In this document: piece by piece, positions 34,037 through 42,220 of the stretch
Position numbering within the stretch: position 1 is the first letter of the stretch
Layout: each line of letters starts with the position of its first letter
NCBI GenBank assembly: GCA_002839435.1
Contig: PGYA01000020.1
Location: 8,312-72,311, forward strand
Origin: Candidatus Riflebacteria bacterium HGW-Riflebacteria-2
Lineage (GTDB): Bacteria; Muiribacteriota; Ozemobacteria; Ozemobacterales; Ozemobacteraceae
DNA: 64,000 bases
Direction of reading: 5' to 3'
Notes under the pieces: model-generated
What the model saw: the letters and a program-made list of their open reading frames with translations, nothing else
The model's database searches: none
What the model was told of the DNA's origin: nothing
Program-made: the position numbers and the translations under genes

Positions 34037-35893
34037 ATGATACTGTTAATAGCATATTCTGTATTGATAAAAGTTTTTCACTATTGGCATGTAATAGCGG
34101 GTTATGCTGAGTTGCCGGCATTTCCCGGGTTTGTTTATATTTCTGCTACATTTGCGCAATTGCTGGTTGTGCTCCTGATTTTAAGAAAAATTGGAAGTCA
34201 CAAATTAAGGTTTTTGCTTGCGTTTTTGCTTAATATCGTGCTCGGAATATATAGCAATGCCAGTTATATGTATTATCGTATGTTCGCAATGCCAATGGAT
34301 TTTTCTCTATTTCTATTCGGTGGTAATGTCATAGATATAAGCGACAGCATAGTTACTCTACTCAAGCCATCTGATTTTATTATGTATGTACTTGATATAG
34401 TGATTATTGCTATTTTCTTTTGGCCGAGAATGAAGTCTCGTATGGACATGACAGACAAATTCCTATTCGGAGTTTCGGCCAAAAAAATCACAGCTGTTTT
34501 GCTGATGTTTATGATTGCCTGGTGGTGGAATATATGCCCCATAGGCGCATGGACAGAACCTTTTGGGCGCAGAGGATTTATGGCAATGGTTTCGTATGGG
34601 CCGATAGGCCATCTCACTTCTGAGCTGGCAAGAGGAGTTTACCGAACCTATATCCCGCAAAGGCTGAATACTGAAACAAAAATGCAGATAAGGGCTGAAT
34701 TGCAGAAGCTCAGAAGCCTTGATGAAAAAATAGAAATCCCGTTCAAGGATCAGACTAAGGTCGCTTCTCCAGACATTATTATTATCCAGGTAGAGTCTTT
34801 GATGAACACTTTTTTACACGCAAAGTTTAAAGGTGTAGAAGTGATGCCTGTTCTCAGTGATCTGGCTAGTCGGTCTGTTTACCTCAAGAATTTTTACTCT
34901 CACGCTGTTTCGTCGGCAGATTCTGACTTTTCTATGCTTACTTCCTTGCTTCCTCTCAGACTTGAAAGTGCGCACTTGCGATATTCAGGAAACAGGTTTG
35001 CATCGCTGCCACACGAGCTGAAACGATTAGGATATTATAATATTTATGGAGTCGGGGTTCCCAAAAATTTCTGGAACACAAGTCGTTTCAATACCAATGT
35101 GGGTTTTGACAAAATTTTTGCTAAGGAAAATCTTGGCAAGGGTAAAAAAGTAGGTCCTTGGTTAGGCGATGAGTCTTTGTTGGAAAAAATGGCAGATCAG
35201 ATCGCGCTTAGTCCACAGCCACTATTTTGTATGATTTTTACGTCGAGTACGCATCATCCATTTAACATTACCGGTCTTCCTGAAGTTATGCCAAAAACGG
35301 GTTTATATGGTGCTGAGCTGGAACTGGCAAATTACGCGAATGCTTTGAATTATGCAGATCAGGCAGTAGGCAATTTTATAAACAGGCTCAAATCGATGAA
35401 TCGCTTGCAGAATTCGATCATTATAATATACGGTGACCATCCTGTTTTACTAGATTCTCAGGCTGATATTTTGAAGAGGAAATACGGGAGTTTCCCCGAT
35501 TCGGAAAGGTTGATACGATTTTTGAATTCCAACATCCCGTGTATGATTTATGCCCCCTGGCTGTTTGAGCCTCAACTTGTCGCAAAGTATTGTGGGCAAA
35601 TAGATATTGCACCAACCATACTGTCAGTCCTAGGCAGAAAAAAGCCTTCAAGATTTCTGGGCAACTCTGTGTTTTCTGATCAACCTGGTGTTGTGTTACA
35701 TAAAAACGGCTGTGGCAGGAACTCTGATAGAATCTTTTATCAGGCTGAGGATGGTTACAACGATTCTTTAGGTTTTCAATTTGTTATTAATGCGTCAGAT
35801 TTGCAGATAAGTTCTGATACAATTGATGTAGCCGGCTACTATTCGATTTACAATCTGTCTAAAAAAATCATAGAATACGATTATGTCGAATAA
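34037..35893 (+). CDS. LtaS/MdoB-family sulfatase-fold phosphoglycerol (or related) transferase
   Basis: 618 aa with about 5 N-terminal TM segments, then a sulfatase-like domain. Motifs are IIIIQVESL, HAVSSADSDFSMLTSL (Ser where LtaS has its Thr nucleophile, by my alignment from memory), SSTHHPF and IIIYGDH. Confidence 0.75.
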   Translation: MILLIAYSVLIKVFHYWHVIAGYAELPAFPGFVYISATFAQLLVVLLILRKIGSHKLRFLLAFLLNIVLGIYSNASYMYYRMFAMPMDFSLFLFGGNVIDISDSIVTLLKPSDFIMYVLDIVIIAIFFWPRMKSRMDMTDKFLFGVSAKKITAVLLMFMIAWWWNICPIGAWTEPFGRRGFMAMVSYGPIGHLTSELARGVYRTYIPQRLNTETKMQIRAELQKLRSLDEKIEIPFKDQTKVASPDIIIIQVESLMNTFLHAKFKGVEVMPVLSDLASRSVYLKNFYSHAVSSADSDFSMLTSLLPLRLESAHLRYSGNRFASLPHELKRLGYYNIYGVGVPKNFWNTSRFNTNVGFDKIFAKENLGKGKKVGPWLGDESLLEKMADQIALSPQPLFCMIFTSSTHHPFNITGLPEVMPKTGLYGAELELANYANALNYADQAVGNFINRLKSMNRLQNSIIIIYGDHPVLLDSQADILKRKYGSFPDSERLIRFLNSNIPCMIYAPWLFEPQLVAKYCGQIDIAPTILSVLGRKKPSRFLGNSVFSDQPGVVLHKNGCGRNSDRIFYQAEDGYNDSLGFQFVINASDLQISSDTIDVAGYYSIYNLSKKIIEYDYVE

Positions 35894-36118
35894 GCAAGAG
35901 CTGGGATATCTTTCAGCAGTATACTGTAACATTTATGAACCCAAGACCAAAGCGGAAAAAGACTTGGAGTAGAACCTGAAAAGCAGTAGATAAGTATTTT
36001 AATCTAAATTATTATTGCATCTAAATTCCATCAGATTTAAACAAAATTGAGCATAATTCTGGTTCCGCTTTATCTGAAGAATATACTGTGAATCCGCAAA
36101 ACAAATGCCAAAAACAAA

Positions 36119-36379
36119 CTATTGGCTATCAGCGCTCCCATCATCTGGAGTTGGCGCGGCTTCAGGAGTTGGTGGTGCATCCCCACCACTGGTTCCAAGC
36201 CCTTCGGATATGTAATCAGTGGCATTAGATAGGACCTGATTGATCTTTGCGATAAGACTGCCATTGAAAGTGCTTGAAAAATATGTCATTGCAGCAATAC
36301 CGCTGACTGCAATGAGACCTATCAGCAAGGCATATTCTACCAATCCTTGGCCTCTTCTATTTTTCTTCTTATAATGCAT
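36119..36379 (-). CDS. Flp-family type IVb pilin with Pro/Thr/Ala-rich acidic tail
   Basis: 86 aa. The Flp motif is RGQGLVEYALLIGLIAVSGIAA (G/xxxxEY). The tail is GGDAPPTPEAAPTPDDGSADSQ. Confidence 0.8.
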   Translation of the reverse strand: MHYKKKNRRGQGLVEYALLIGLIAVSGIAAMTYFSSTFNGSLIAKINQVLSNATDYISEGLGTSGGDAPPTPEAAPTPDDGSADSQ

Positions 36380-36425
36380 ATCCCTCTCCTGAAGAGAGTG
36401 GTAACTCCACAGTTAAAATAATCTG

Positions 36426-36455
36426 GAGTAAGGCGAGCGGATGCTCGCCTTACTC
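36426..36455 (-). terminator. Perfect 13-bp stem-loop between the two flp genes (terminator/attenuator or processing site)
   Basis: GAGTAAGGCGAGC-4 nt loop-GCTCGCCTTACTC lies 22 nt after the stop of the upstream flp. It is followed on the minus strand by CAGATTATTTTAA, which is only a weak U-tract. Confidence 0.45.
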
Positions 36456-36476
36456 TAAACTATTGGCAAGACTAGA

Positions 36477-36671
36477 TCAGCCTCCTGCTGAATCGATGCC
36501 ATCGGCAGTATTACTAAGTACGCTGCCGATACTGCTAAAGATTGAGCTTATGCTTGCACCAGACAATGTCAGAGCAGCGATCGCAACAACTGCGATGAGA
36601 CCAATGATCAAAGCGTATTCGACCAGGCCCTGGCCTTCTTCTTCACGTACAAATCTGCGAATGAGTTCCAT
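36477..36671 (-). CDS. Flp-family type IVb pilin
   Basis: Trimmed to MELIRRFVREEEGQGLVEYALIIGLIAVVAIAAL (ATG at 36671, AGGAGG upstream). The longer track ORF would start inside the predicted -35 box. Confidence 0.8.
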   Translation of the reverse strand: MELIRRFVREEEGQGLVEYALIIGLIAVVAIAALTLSGASISSIFSSIGSVLSNTADGIDSAGG

Positions 36672-36711
36672 ATGAATCCTCCTGAAATATTTTGGCGTTC
36701 TGCCAATATGT

Positions 36712-36740
36712 ATTATCGCAAATACAATGCCAAAATGCAA
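36712..36740 (-). promoter_or_regulatory. Putative sigma70-type promoter for the flp genes
   Basis: The minus strand reads TTGCAT-17 nt-GATAAT, about 40 nt upstream of the ATG at 36671. Pattern match only. Confidence 0.45.
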
Positions 36741-36984
36741 TTGTTTGCTGAAAATTGTAGAAGTCCTTTTGCAGGCGGGGTTTGCTGGGTGCGGTACTTT
36801 TGCGTCAAAGGCGAGGGGAGAAATTGCAGGTAATCTTTACCGCGAGTGAGGCAAAGTTGCCGCAAACGATAATAGGCTTTCAAAAGAAGCCAGAATCCGC
36901 CGATTGCGCAGATTTTCCCGATTCGAATAGAAGTGTGGCATCTATGGGATTAGCCTCAGAGCTGGGCTTATGCCTCTGGCATAC

Positions 36985-37017
36985 GCTTCGTCGGGCCGAA
37001 GCCCTCCTCGCAATGAC
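36985..37017. repeat. Short conserved stem-loop element, copy A
   Basis: GCTTCGTCGG-GCCGAAGCCC-TCCTCGCAATGAC. The arms are shared with copy B, and the central hairpin is GGGC-cgaa-GCCC. It lies 40 nt 3' of the minus-strand stop at 37057. Confidence 0.5.
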
Positions 37018-37056
37018 AAATTTAAAAGCAGTTTGCGATAGAACAGGATTGTAATA

Positions 37057-39051
37057 TCAATCTTCGTAGGGTAGTTCGGTGCGGTTGATGCCCCAGATGT
37101 CTTCGGTGTCGGGGTAGGGCTGGCGCAGGCGGTAGTCGTATGTGGCACCGGAGAGTTCCATTTCCATCAGGACTGCTTCTGACGTGCTGTCGTCTGATGC
37201 GGTGCAGCCGACGTAGGCAACGTCTGTGTTGAAGTTGAGCATGTTGTTCGGTCCGAAAACAGGCAGGGGCGGGGTGCCGACCAGATGCTCGATGCCTTTC
37301 TGGCCAGTAGCGAAAGTGCTGCGCCGTGCCATAAAGATGTTCTTCCTGATCACCGGGCTGCCCTGGTTGATCTGTATCAGATATGGCGAATCAAAAGTAT
37401 TGTAATCAATTGTGGCATTTCGCTGCGTCAGCTTTATGCCAGTGCCGAGCGACGATACGAAAAGGTTGTTGGTGAACCTGATATTGCCGCCGGCCTCATT
37501 AGAGACCAGACCGGTTTCGGTGTATTCCAGCAAATTGCAGCCGCTGATCTCGATGCCATCGTTGAGCTGTGAAGTAATGCCAATTGCCGGGTGAACGATC
37601 GTGCTGTTGCTGACCAGTATATTCGTGTTGCTTTTGAGTTCCATCCCGGTCGGGCAACGCTGGGCTGTGATCCGATCGATCTGCAGGTCGAGGCAGTTTT
37701 CGACTTTGACCGCAGTGTTGCAGTTCTTGATAGCAATGGTTGAGAAAATGCCCGCCGAGTTGCTGATGTGCAAACCTGTCGTGGCGTCGGAAATAACTGC
37801 GTTAACCAGCGTGTTAACCGTGCTTTCTACGCTTTCGAACTTTATGCCGCCCCAGGCGCCTTTTTCCGGATTCGACTTCTGTGAAGCAAAAAGCACCGGA
37901 AAATCAGCCACGGCGGAAGCTACAATAGCTCCAGATACGGTAATCTCAACCAGATTGCTGTCGCCCAGCCTGAAAGCGTCGCTTTCGGCTATCAGCACTT
38001 CTACGCCTGAGTCGATGTTAAGAATGCCGGTTTCAGTGACATTGAGGTCGCCGGCCAGGATATATGGGCTGTTGGCTCGGATCCAGCGGACTTCGGTCGA
38101 GATATTGCCGGGCACCAGCATGCTGGCGACATTGTTGTAGCCGCCCTCGTTCCCGGCCTGATCTATGGCAGTGACGCGGTAATGATACTTTTTGCCGGCA
38201 ACCGCGGTGTAGTCGGTGAAACGTTCCTGACCCTTTGGAATAAGCGTGTTGCTGACCTGACTGAATGTTGCGTTAGCCAGCTCGCTGCGGTAGACCTTAT
38301 AGCCTTTCAGATCGGGGTCGGCAACTGCTGCCCAGAAAACTGTGACCTGACCCGGTGTCGAAGTGAGTGCGGCTGAGACGCCGGTGGGCGCTGAAGGTGG
38401 TGTTTTGTCTTCGAGCGAATTCTGGGTCACAAAACTGCTCGAAGTAGAGGTTTCGGTTGAGCGCCCTTCGCGATTGGCAATGATTCTGAAAAAATACTGT
38501 TTCTCAGGTGATAGATCGATCAGTCTTACACTGTGGGTTGTCGCATAGACACCACTTTCTTCTCGTACGGTTCTGCCGAATGACTCGGTTTCCCCGTACT
38601 CTACCAGACCATTGGTGTAGTCTGTTGTCTTCCAGGAGATTACGGCGTGGGTCGCCGAGACTTCTTCGACTTCAACTTCAAGATAGTCGAAGCTCTTGGC
38701 TTCGATCGCAAAATCTTCTGCCGTACTGGTCTGACCGGAATAAATGGCAATACCGAAACGCGAAGGATGATAAGCGAAAGCCTGCACCAGAAATGTCTGG
38801 TCACCAAAACCTATGGCTTCTAAATGGTATTTGCCATCGGCATCGGTTAGTGCCCAGCGGGTGTTGTCGTATTCCCAGGTCACCAGCGCGTCCTCAACCG
38901 GCAGGCCGCCTTTGTCGATGATGCGGCCCTGCAGGCTGCCCTCGCGCGGCGTGACACTGTTGCCCGAACAGCCGATAATTCCCATACCCATAACCAGCAG
39001 CATTAAGGCCGCCAGTATTGTTGCCCGCACTCGGTTGAGGTTAAGGTTCAT
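37057..39051 (-). CDS. Lipoprotein with CarboxypepD_reg-like, two FN3-like and right-handed beta-helix domains
   Basis: 664 aa with lipobox MGIIGC. Carboxypeptidase-regulatory-like unit: GRIIDKGGLPVEDALV...TDADGKYHL. FN3-like units: AVISWKTTDYTNGLVEYGET and KGYKVYRS...YHYRVTAIDQAGNEG. The C-terminal part has repeated N/G/I-rich beta-helix rungs. Confidence 0.7.
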   Translation of the reverse strand: MNLNLNRVRATILAALMLLVMGMGIIGCSGNSVTPREGSLQGRIIDKGGLPVEDALVTWEYDNTRWALTDADGKYHLEAIGFGDQTFLVQAFAYHPSRFGIAIYSGQTSTAEDFAIEAKSFDYLEVEVEEVSATHAVISWKTTDYTNGLVEYGETESFGRTVREESGVYATTHSVRLIDLSPEKQYFFRIIANREGRSTETSTSSSFVTQNSLEDKTPPSAPTGVSAALTSTPGQVTVFWAAVADPDLKGYKVYRSELANATFSQVSNTLIPKGQERFTDYTAVAGKKYHYRVTAIDQAGNEGGYNNVASMLVPGNISTEVRWIRANSPYILAGDLNVTETGILNIDSGVEVLIAESDAFRLGDSNLVEITVSGAIVASAVADFPVLFASQKSNPEKGAWGGIKFESVESTVNTLVNAVISDATTGLHISNSAGIFSTIAIKNCNTAVKVENCLDLQIDRITAQRCPTGMELKSNTNILVSNSTIVHPAIGITSQLNDGIEISGCNLLEYTETGLVSNEAGGNIRFTNNLFVSSLGTGIKLTQRNATIDYNTFDSPYLIQINQGSPVIRKNIFMARRSTFATGQKGIEHLVGTPPLPVFGPNNMLNFNTDVAYVGCTASDDSTSEAVLMEMELSGATYDYRLRQPYPDTEDIWGINRTELPYED

Positions 39052-39104
39052 CTCTCTTCTCTTTCGTTCTCGTGCTCGTAATCGGTATTGAATTCCATGA
39101 GATT

Positions 39105-39134
39105 GCTTCGTCGGCTACGCCTTCTCGCAATGAC
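39105..39134. repeat. Short conserved stem-loop element, copy B
   Basis: GCTTCGTCGG-CTACGCC-TTCTCGCAATGAC. The 10-nt 5' arm and 11-nt 3' arm are the same as in copy A, and the central hairpin is GGC-tac-GCC. It lies 6 nt 3' of the minus-strand stop at 39140. Confidence 0.5.
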
Positions 39135-39139
39135 GGTTT

Positions 39140-41707
39140 CTATTTCAGCCTCGAAAAGGCTTCTCTGGCAAACTTCGATATCTGGGTGTTGGCCGGAGCG
39201 TTGTCAAACGCACGTTTGAAGCAGGCTTTCGCCTCGCGGAGCATTTTTTTCTCTTCATACGCCTGGCCCAGATAGAAGCAGGCGTAAGAATCGCCCGGCG
39301 ACAGGTTCACAACGCGAACCAGCGCGTCGATAGCAGCGTCGGCCGAGTGCTTGTCGAGATGCGCTACTCCGAGGTTATACAGGGCGTAGGTATCTTCGGG
39401 GTTGATTTCGATCGCGCGTTGCAGAGCGACAATGGCCTCATCGATCTGGCCCTGTTCGTAGAATGAAAGGCCGAGGTGTGAATGCGAATAGGCGTCGTCA
39501 GAATCGAGTTCAATAGCATGTGAAAACGCCTTGATTGCCATGGGAATACGCCCCGAATTCTTGTAGAGCACGCCGAGACTGTACTGCGAAAAGGCGTCGT
39601 CAGGATTGAGCATGATTGCTTTCTTGAATGAGGCTTCTGCCTGTTCGCGATTGCCCATGGCGCGATAAATACTGCCCAGCAGGTAGTGCGCGTAGAATTT
39701 TTCGCCGTCGAGTCGGATACTCATCATTATGCAGTTCAGAGCATTTTCGAGCTGATTCAGACTCTTGTAAACGGCACCGAGAATCATCAGAACAGAGGGG
39801 TTCTCTTCTTGATACTTCAGAAGATCTTCAAATGTTTCGCGCGCTTCTTCCATCATGCCGTTGTTTTTGTAGATAAGGCCAAGCACGTAACGACTTTCGG
39901 TGTCTTCAGGGTTGAGCTTGATCGTGCGCTTGATCGAACTGATGGCTTCTTCGAGGCGTCCCTGATTGAGGTAGGCCTTGCCGAGGTGGAAAAACGCCTC
40001 CTGAAAATCGGGGTCGAGCTCGATGGTTCTGTGCCACGAACTGATCGCCTGATCGGATTTGCCAACACTCTTGTAGGCAATACCCAGCTGCATATGAGCG
40101 TGTGAAAAGTCGGGGTCGAGCGCTATCGCTTTCTCCCATTCCCTGATCGCTTCATCGATCATTCCCTTTTCGCGGTAAGCCAGGCCAAGTCGGTAGTGCG
40201 CGCCGGCGTTGTCGGGATTGATGGTAACAGAACGCTTCCAACGGGTCAGGTTCTGGTCATCGATGCCCTTGAGCCGGTAGATGACTTCGAGGTTGTAATT
40301 GGCGAAGCTGTCATAGGGGTTGAGCGCGATGACCTTGCGATACTCGATGATCGCTTCGTCATACATTTCCTTGTTTTTGTAGGCCGAAGCCAGCTTGTAA
40401 TGGGCCTCGGGGTTGTTCGGATTGTTGCTGATCTCAGCCTTGTATTTTTCGATCATCATGTCGATTTCGGTCTTGTTTCTGATGACCGCTGAAGGCTTGG
40501 GCGCCTGTTCCCCGCTCGTTTTACGGCGCAGTTCGGTCGCCTTGCGCCAGTGAAAGACCGCCTGCTCGCATTGGCCTTTTACGTCATAGATTTCGCCAAG
40601 CACGTCATGTGCGCGACTGAGGCGGGCATCGAGAAACAGGCTGCGTTTGAGTTCGCCGGTCGCTTCGTCGAGCATGCCGCGGTCTTTATAGGAAAGGCCA
40701 AGATTGAAATGCAGTTCGGCGTCGTTCGGGTTGAGGTTGTTCTCGAGTCTGAACTGCTCGATAGCTTTCTGTAATTCGCCTTTCTTGCGCATGACCATGC
40801 CGATGAAAAAGCGCAGGCGCGGATATTTTGGATCGATTTTGAGCGCCTTGCGAAATTCGGCCAGCGCCGCGTCGTCCATGTTGAGCTTCAGAAAGGATTG
40901 TCCGAGATATACATGTGCTTCAAGCAAGATCGGGCTGATTGAAAGCACTCTTTTGAACGCTTCGACAGCCTCGTCATAAGACTGGCTGAAGAAATGCGCC
41001 ATACCGATATTCAAAAAGGCAAAGGCGTTGTCGGGGTTGATTCTTATTGAATCCTTGAGATGCCTGATTGCTTCTTCGTAGTTTTCGAGGCTGATATAGC
41101 TTCTGCCAAGCTGACAGAGAGCGTAGGCGTCCTGCGGATTGAGCAACACGGCCTTTTTGAACTCAACGATAGCCTTTTTGGGCTTGCCGATCTCAAGATA
41201 GACCGCTCCCAGCGAAAAATGCGCGTAAGCATAATCGCGGTTGAGGTCGATCGCATTCTTGAGGCGCACTATTGCTTCGTCATACAACTTTTTGAGCTTG
41301 TATATCAGTCCAAGTTGCAGATGCGAAAAGGCAAAGTCGGATTTGAGCGAAATAGCCTTCTTGAACCTGATAATAGCCTCATCATACATGCCCTTGAGCT
41401 TGTAAATTACCCCGAGATTGGCATAAGGAAAGGCGTAGCCAGGGTTATACATGATCGCCTTCTTGAACTCGGTAATCGCTTCGTTGAGCATGCCCTTGTT
41501 GCGGTAGGCAAGGCCGATAAAATTGTGGGCGTAGGCGTCTTTGGGGTTGATCGTGATCGCATCTTTGAAAACATTGATGGCACGGTCAGTTTCGCCTGAC
41601 ATTTCAAGCGCGCGGGCAAGCTGGTAATAAGCGAAAAAGTCGCGCGGATTAGCAGCAATCCGTCGTTTGCAATCCTTTATGATTTCGTCGAGCTTTCGTT
41701 CTGCCAT
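39140..41707 (-). CDS. Very large TPR-repeat protein (about 24 repeats)
   Basis: 855 aa, almost entirely 34-aa units with the pattern A...G..Y...G..DEAI..FKKAI.LNP. Confidence 0.9.
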   Translation of the reverse strand: MAERKLDEIIKDCKRRIAANPRDFFAYYQLARALEMSGETDRAINVFKDAITINPKDAYAHNFIGLAYRNKGMLNEAITEFKKAIMYNPGYAFPYANLGVIYKLKGMYDEAIIRFKKAISLKSDFAFSHLQLGLIYKLKKLYDEAIVRLKNAIDLNRDYAYAHFSLGAVYLEIGKPKKAIVEFKKAVLLNPQDAYALCQLGRSYISLENYEEAIRHLKDSIRINPDNAFAFLNIGMAHFFSQSYDEAVEAFKRVLSISPILLEAHVYLGQSFLKLNMDDAALAEFRKALKIDPKYPRLRFFIGMVMRKKGELQKAIEQFRLENNLNPNDAELHFNLGLSYKDRGMLDEATGELKRSLFLDARLSRAHDVLGEIYDVKGQCEQAVFHWRKATELRRKTSGEQAPKPSAVIRNKTEIDMMIEKYKAEISNNPNNPEAHYKLASAYKNKEMYDEAIIEYRKVIALNPYDSFANYNLEVIYRLKGIDDQNLTRWKRSVTINPDNAGAHYRLGLAYREKGMIDEAIREWEKAIALDPDFSHAHMQLGIAYKSVGKSDQAISSWHRTIELDPDFQEAFFHLGKAYLNQGRLEEAISSIKRTIKLNPEDTESRYVLGLIYKNNGMMEEARETFEDLLKYQEENPSVLMILGAVYKSLNQLENALNCIMMSIRLDGEKFYAHYLLGSIYRAMGNREQAEASFKKAIMLNPDDAFSQYSLGVLYKNSGRIPMAIKAFSHAIELDSDDAYSHSHLGLSFYEQGQIDEAIVALQRAIEINPEDTYALYNLGVAHLDKHSADAAIDALVRVVNLSPGDSYACFYLGQAYEEKKMLREAKACFKRAFDNAPANTQISKFAREAFSRLK

Positions 41708-41721
41708 GCCTGCCTCCTGTG

Positions 41722-42180
41722 TCAGCTTATCCAGTCTAATGTTCTGAACAGCTCCGGGGTTTTACCCCCTGCGTAGTCCAACAGATCGGTCTTCATTGCC
41801 GGGTATATGGTTACCTGTTCGATATCTTCGGGCCCGAAGAAGTCAAACCCCTCAACCCTGGGATCAATGCCGGTTGCCAGTGTCGAGAAGTCCGGCCTGA
41901 TACCCTCAAAAACCATGAACTGAATGTGACGACCCGTTTCTTTGTTGATAGATTCTCTGATAAACAGCAGGCGGAAATCTTCCGCCCTTATCTGCAGCTC
42001 TTCCGCCAGTTCCCGCGCTGCCGTTTCCTTTGCCGATTCGCCTGCATCCTGACCGCCGCCCGGCAGAAGCCAGTAACGCCGGCCATCTTTGCAGTGACGC
42101 ACGAAGCAGATCCGCCCGTCATCGCGTTTGAGCAGCACAGAAACCCTTATCCGGATCGAGTTGTTATTAAGCTGTTGCAC
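41722..42180 (-). CDS. NUDIX hydrolase
   Basis: 152 aa. The Nudix box is GGGQDAGESAKETAARELAEELQI (Gx5Ex7REUxEExxU). Confidence 0.85.
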   Translation of the reverse strand: MQQLNNNSIRIRVSVLLKRDDGRICFVRHCKDGRRYWLLPGGGQDAGESAKETAARELAEELQIRAEDFRLLFIRESINKETGRHIQFMVFEGIRPDFSTLATGIDPRVEGFDFFGPEDIEQVTIYPAMKTDLLDYAGGKTPELFRTLDWIS

Positions 42181-42220
42181 ACCTATCTACATCGGCAGGC
42201 AGCTGCTCAAATTGAACAGA

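Noticed and set aside
36782-37054. 90-aa + strand ORF in the 385-nt spacer upstream of flp.
   Set aside because: It has no RBS. It runs through repeat copy A (translated ...LRRAEALLAMT...), which is better explained as a non-coding element. Its codon usage is unlike that of its neighbours.
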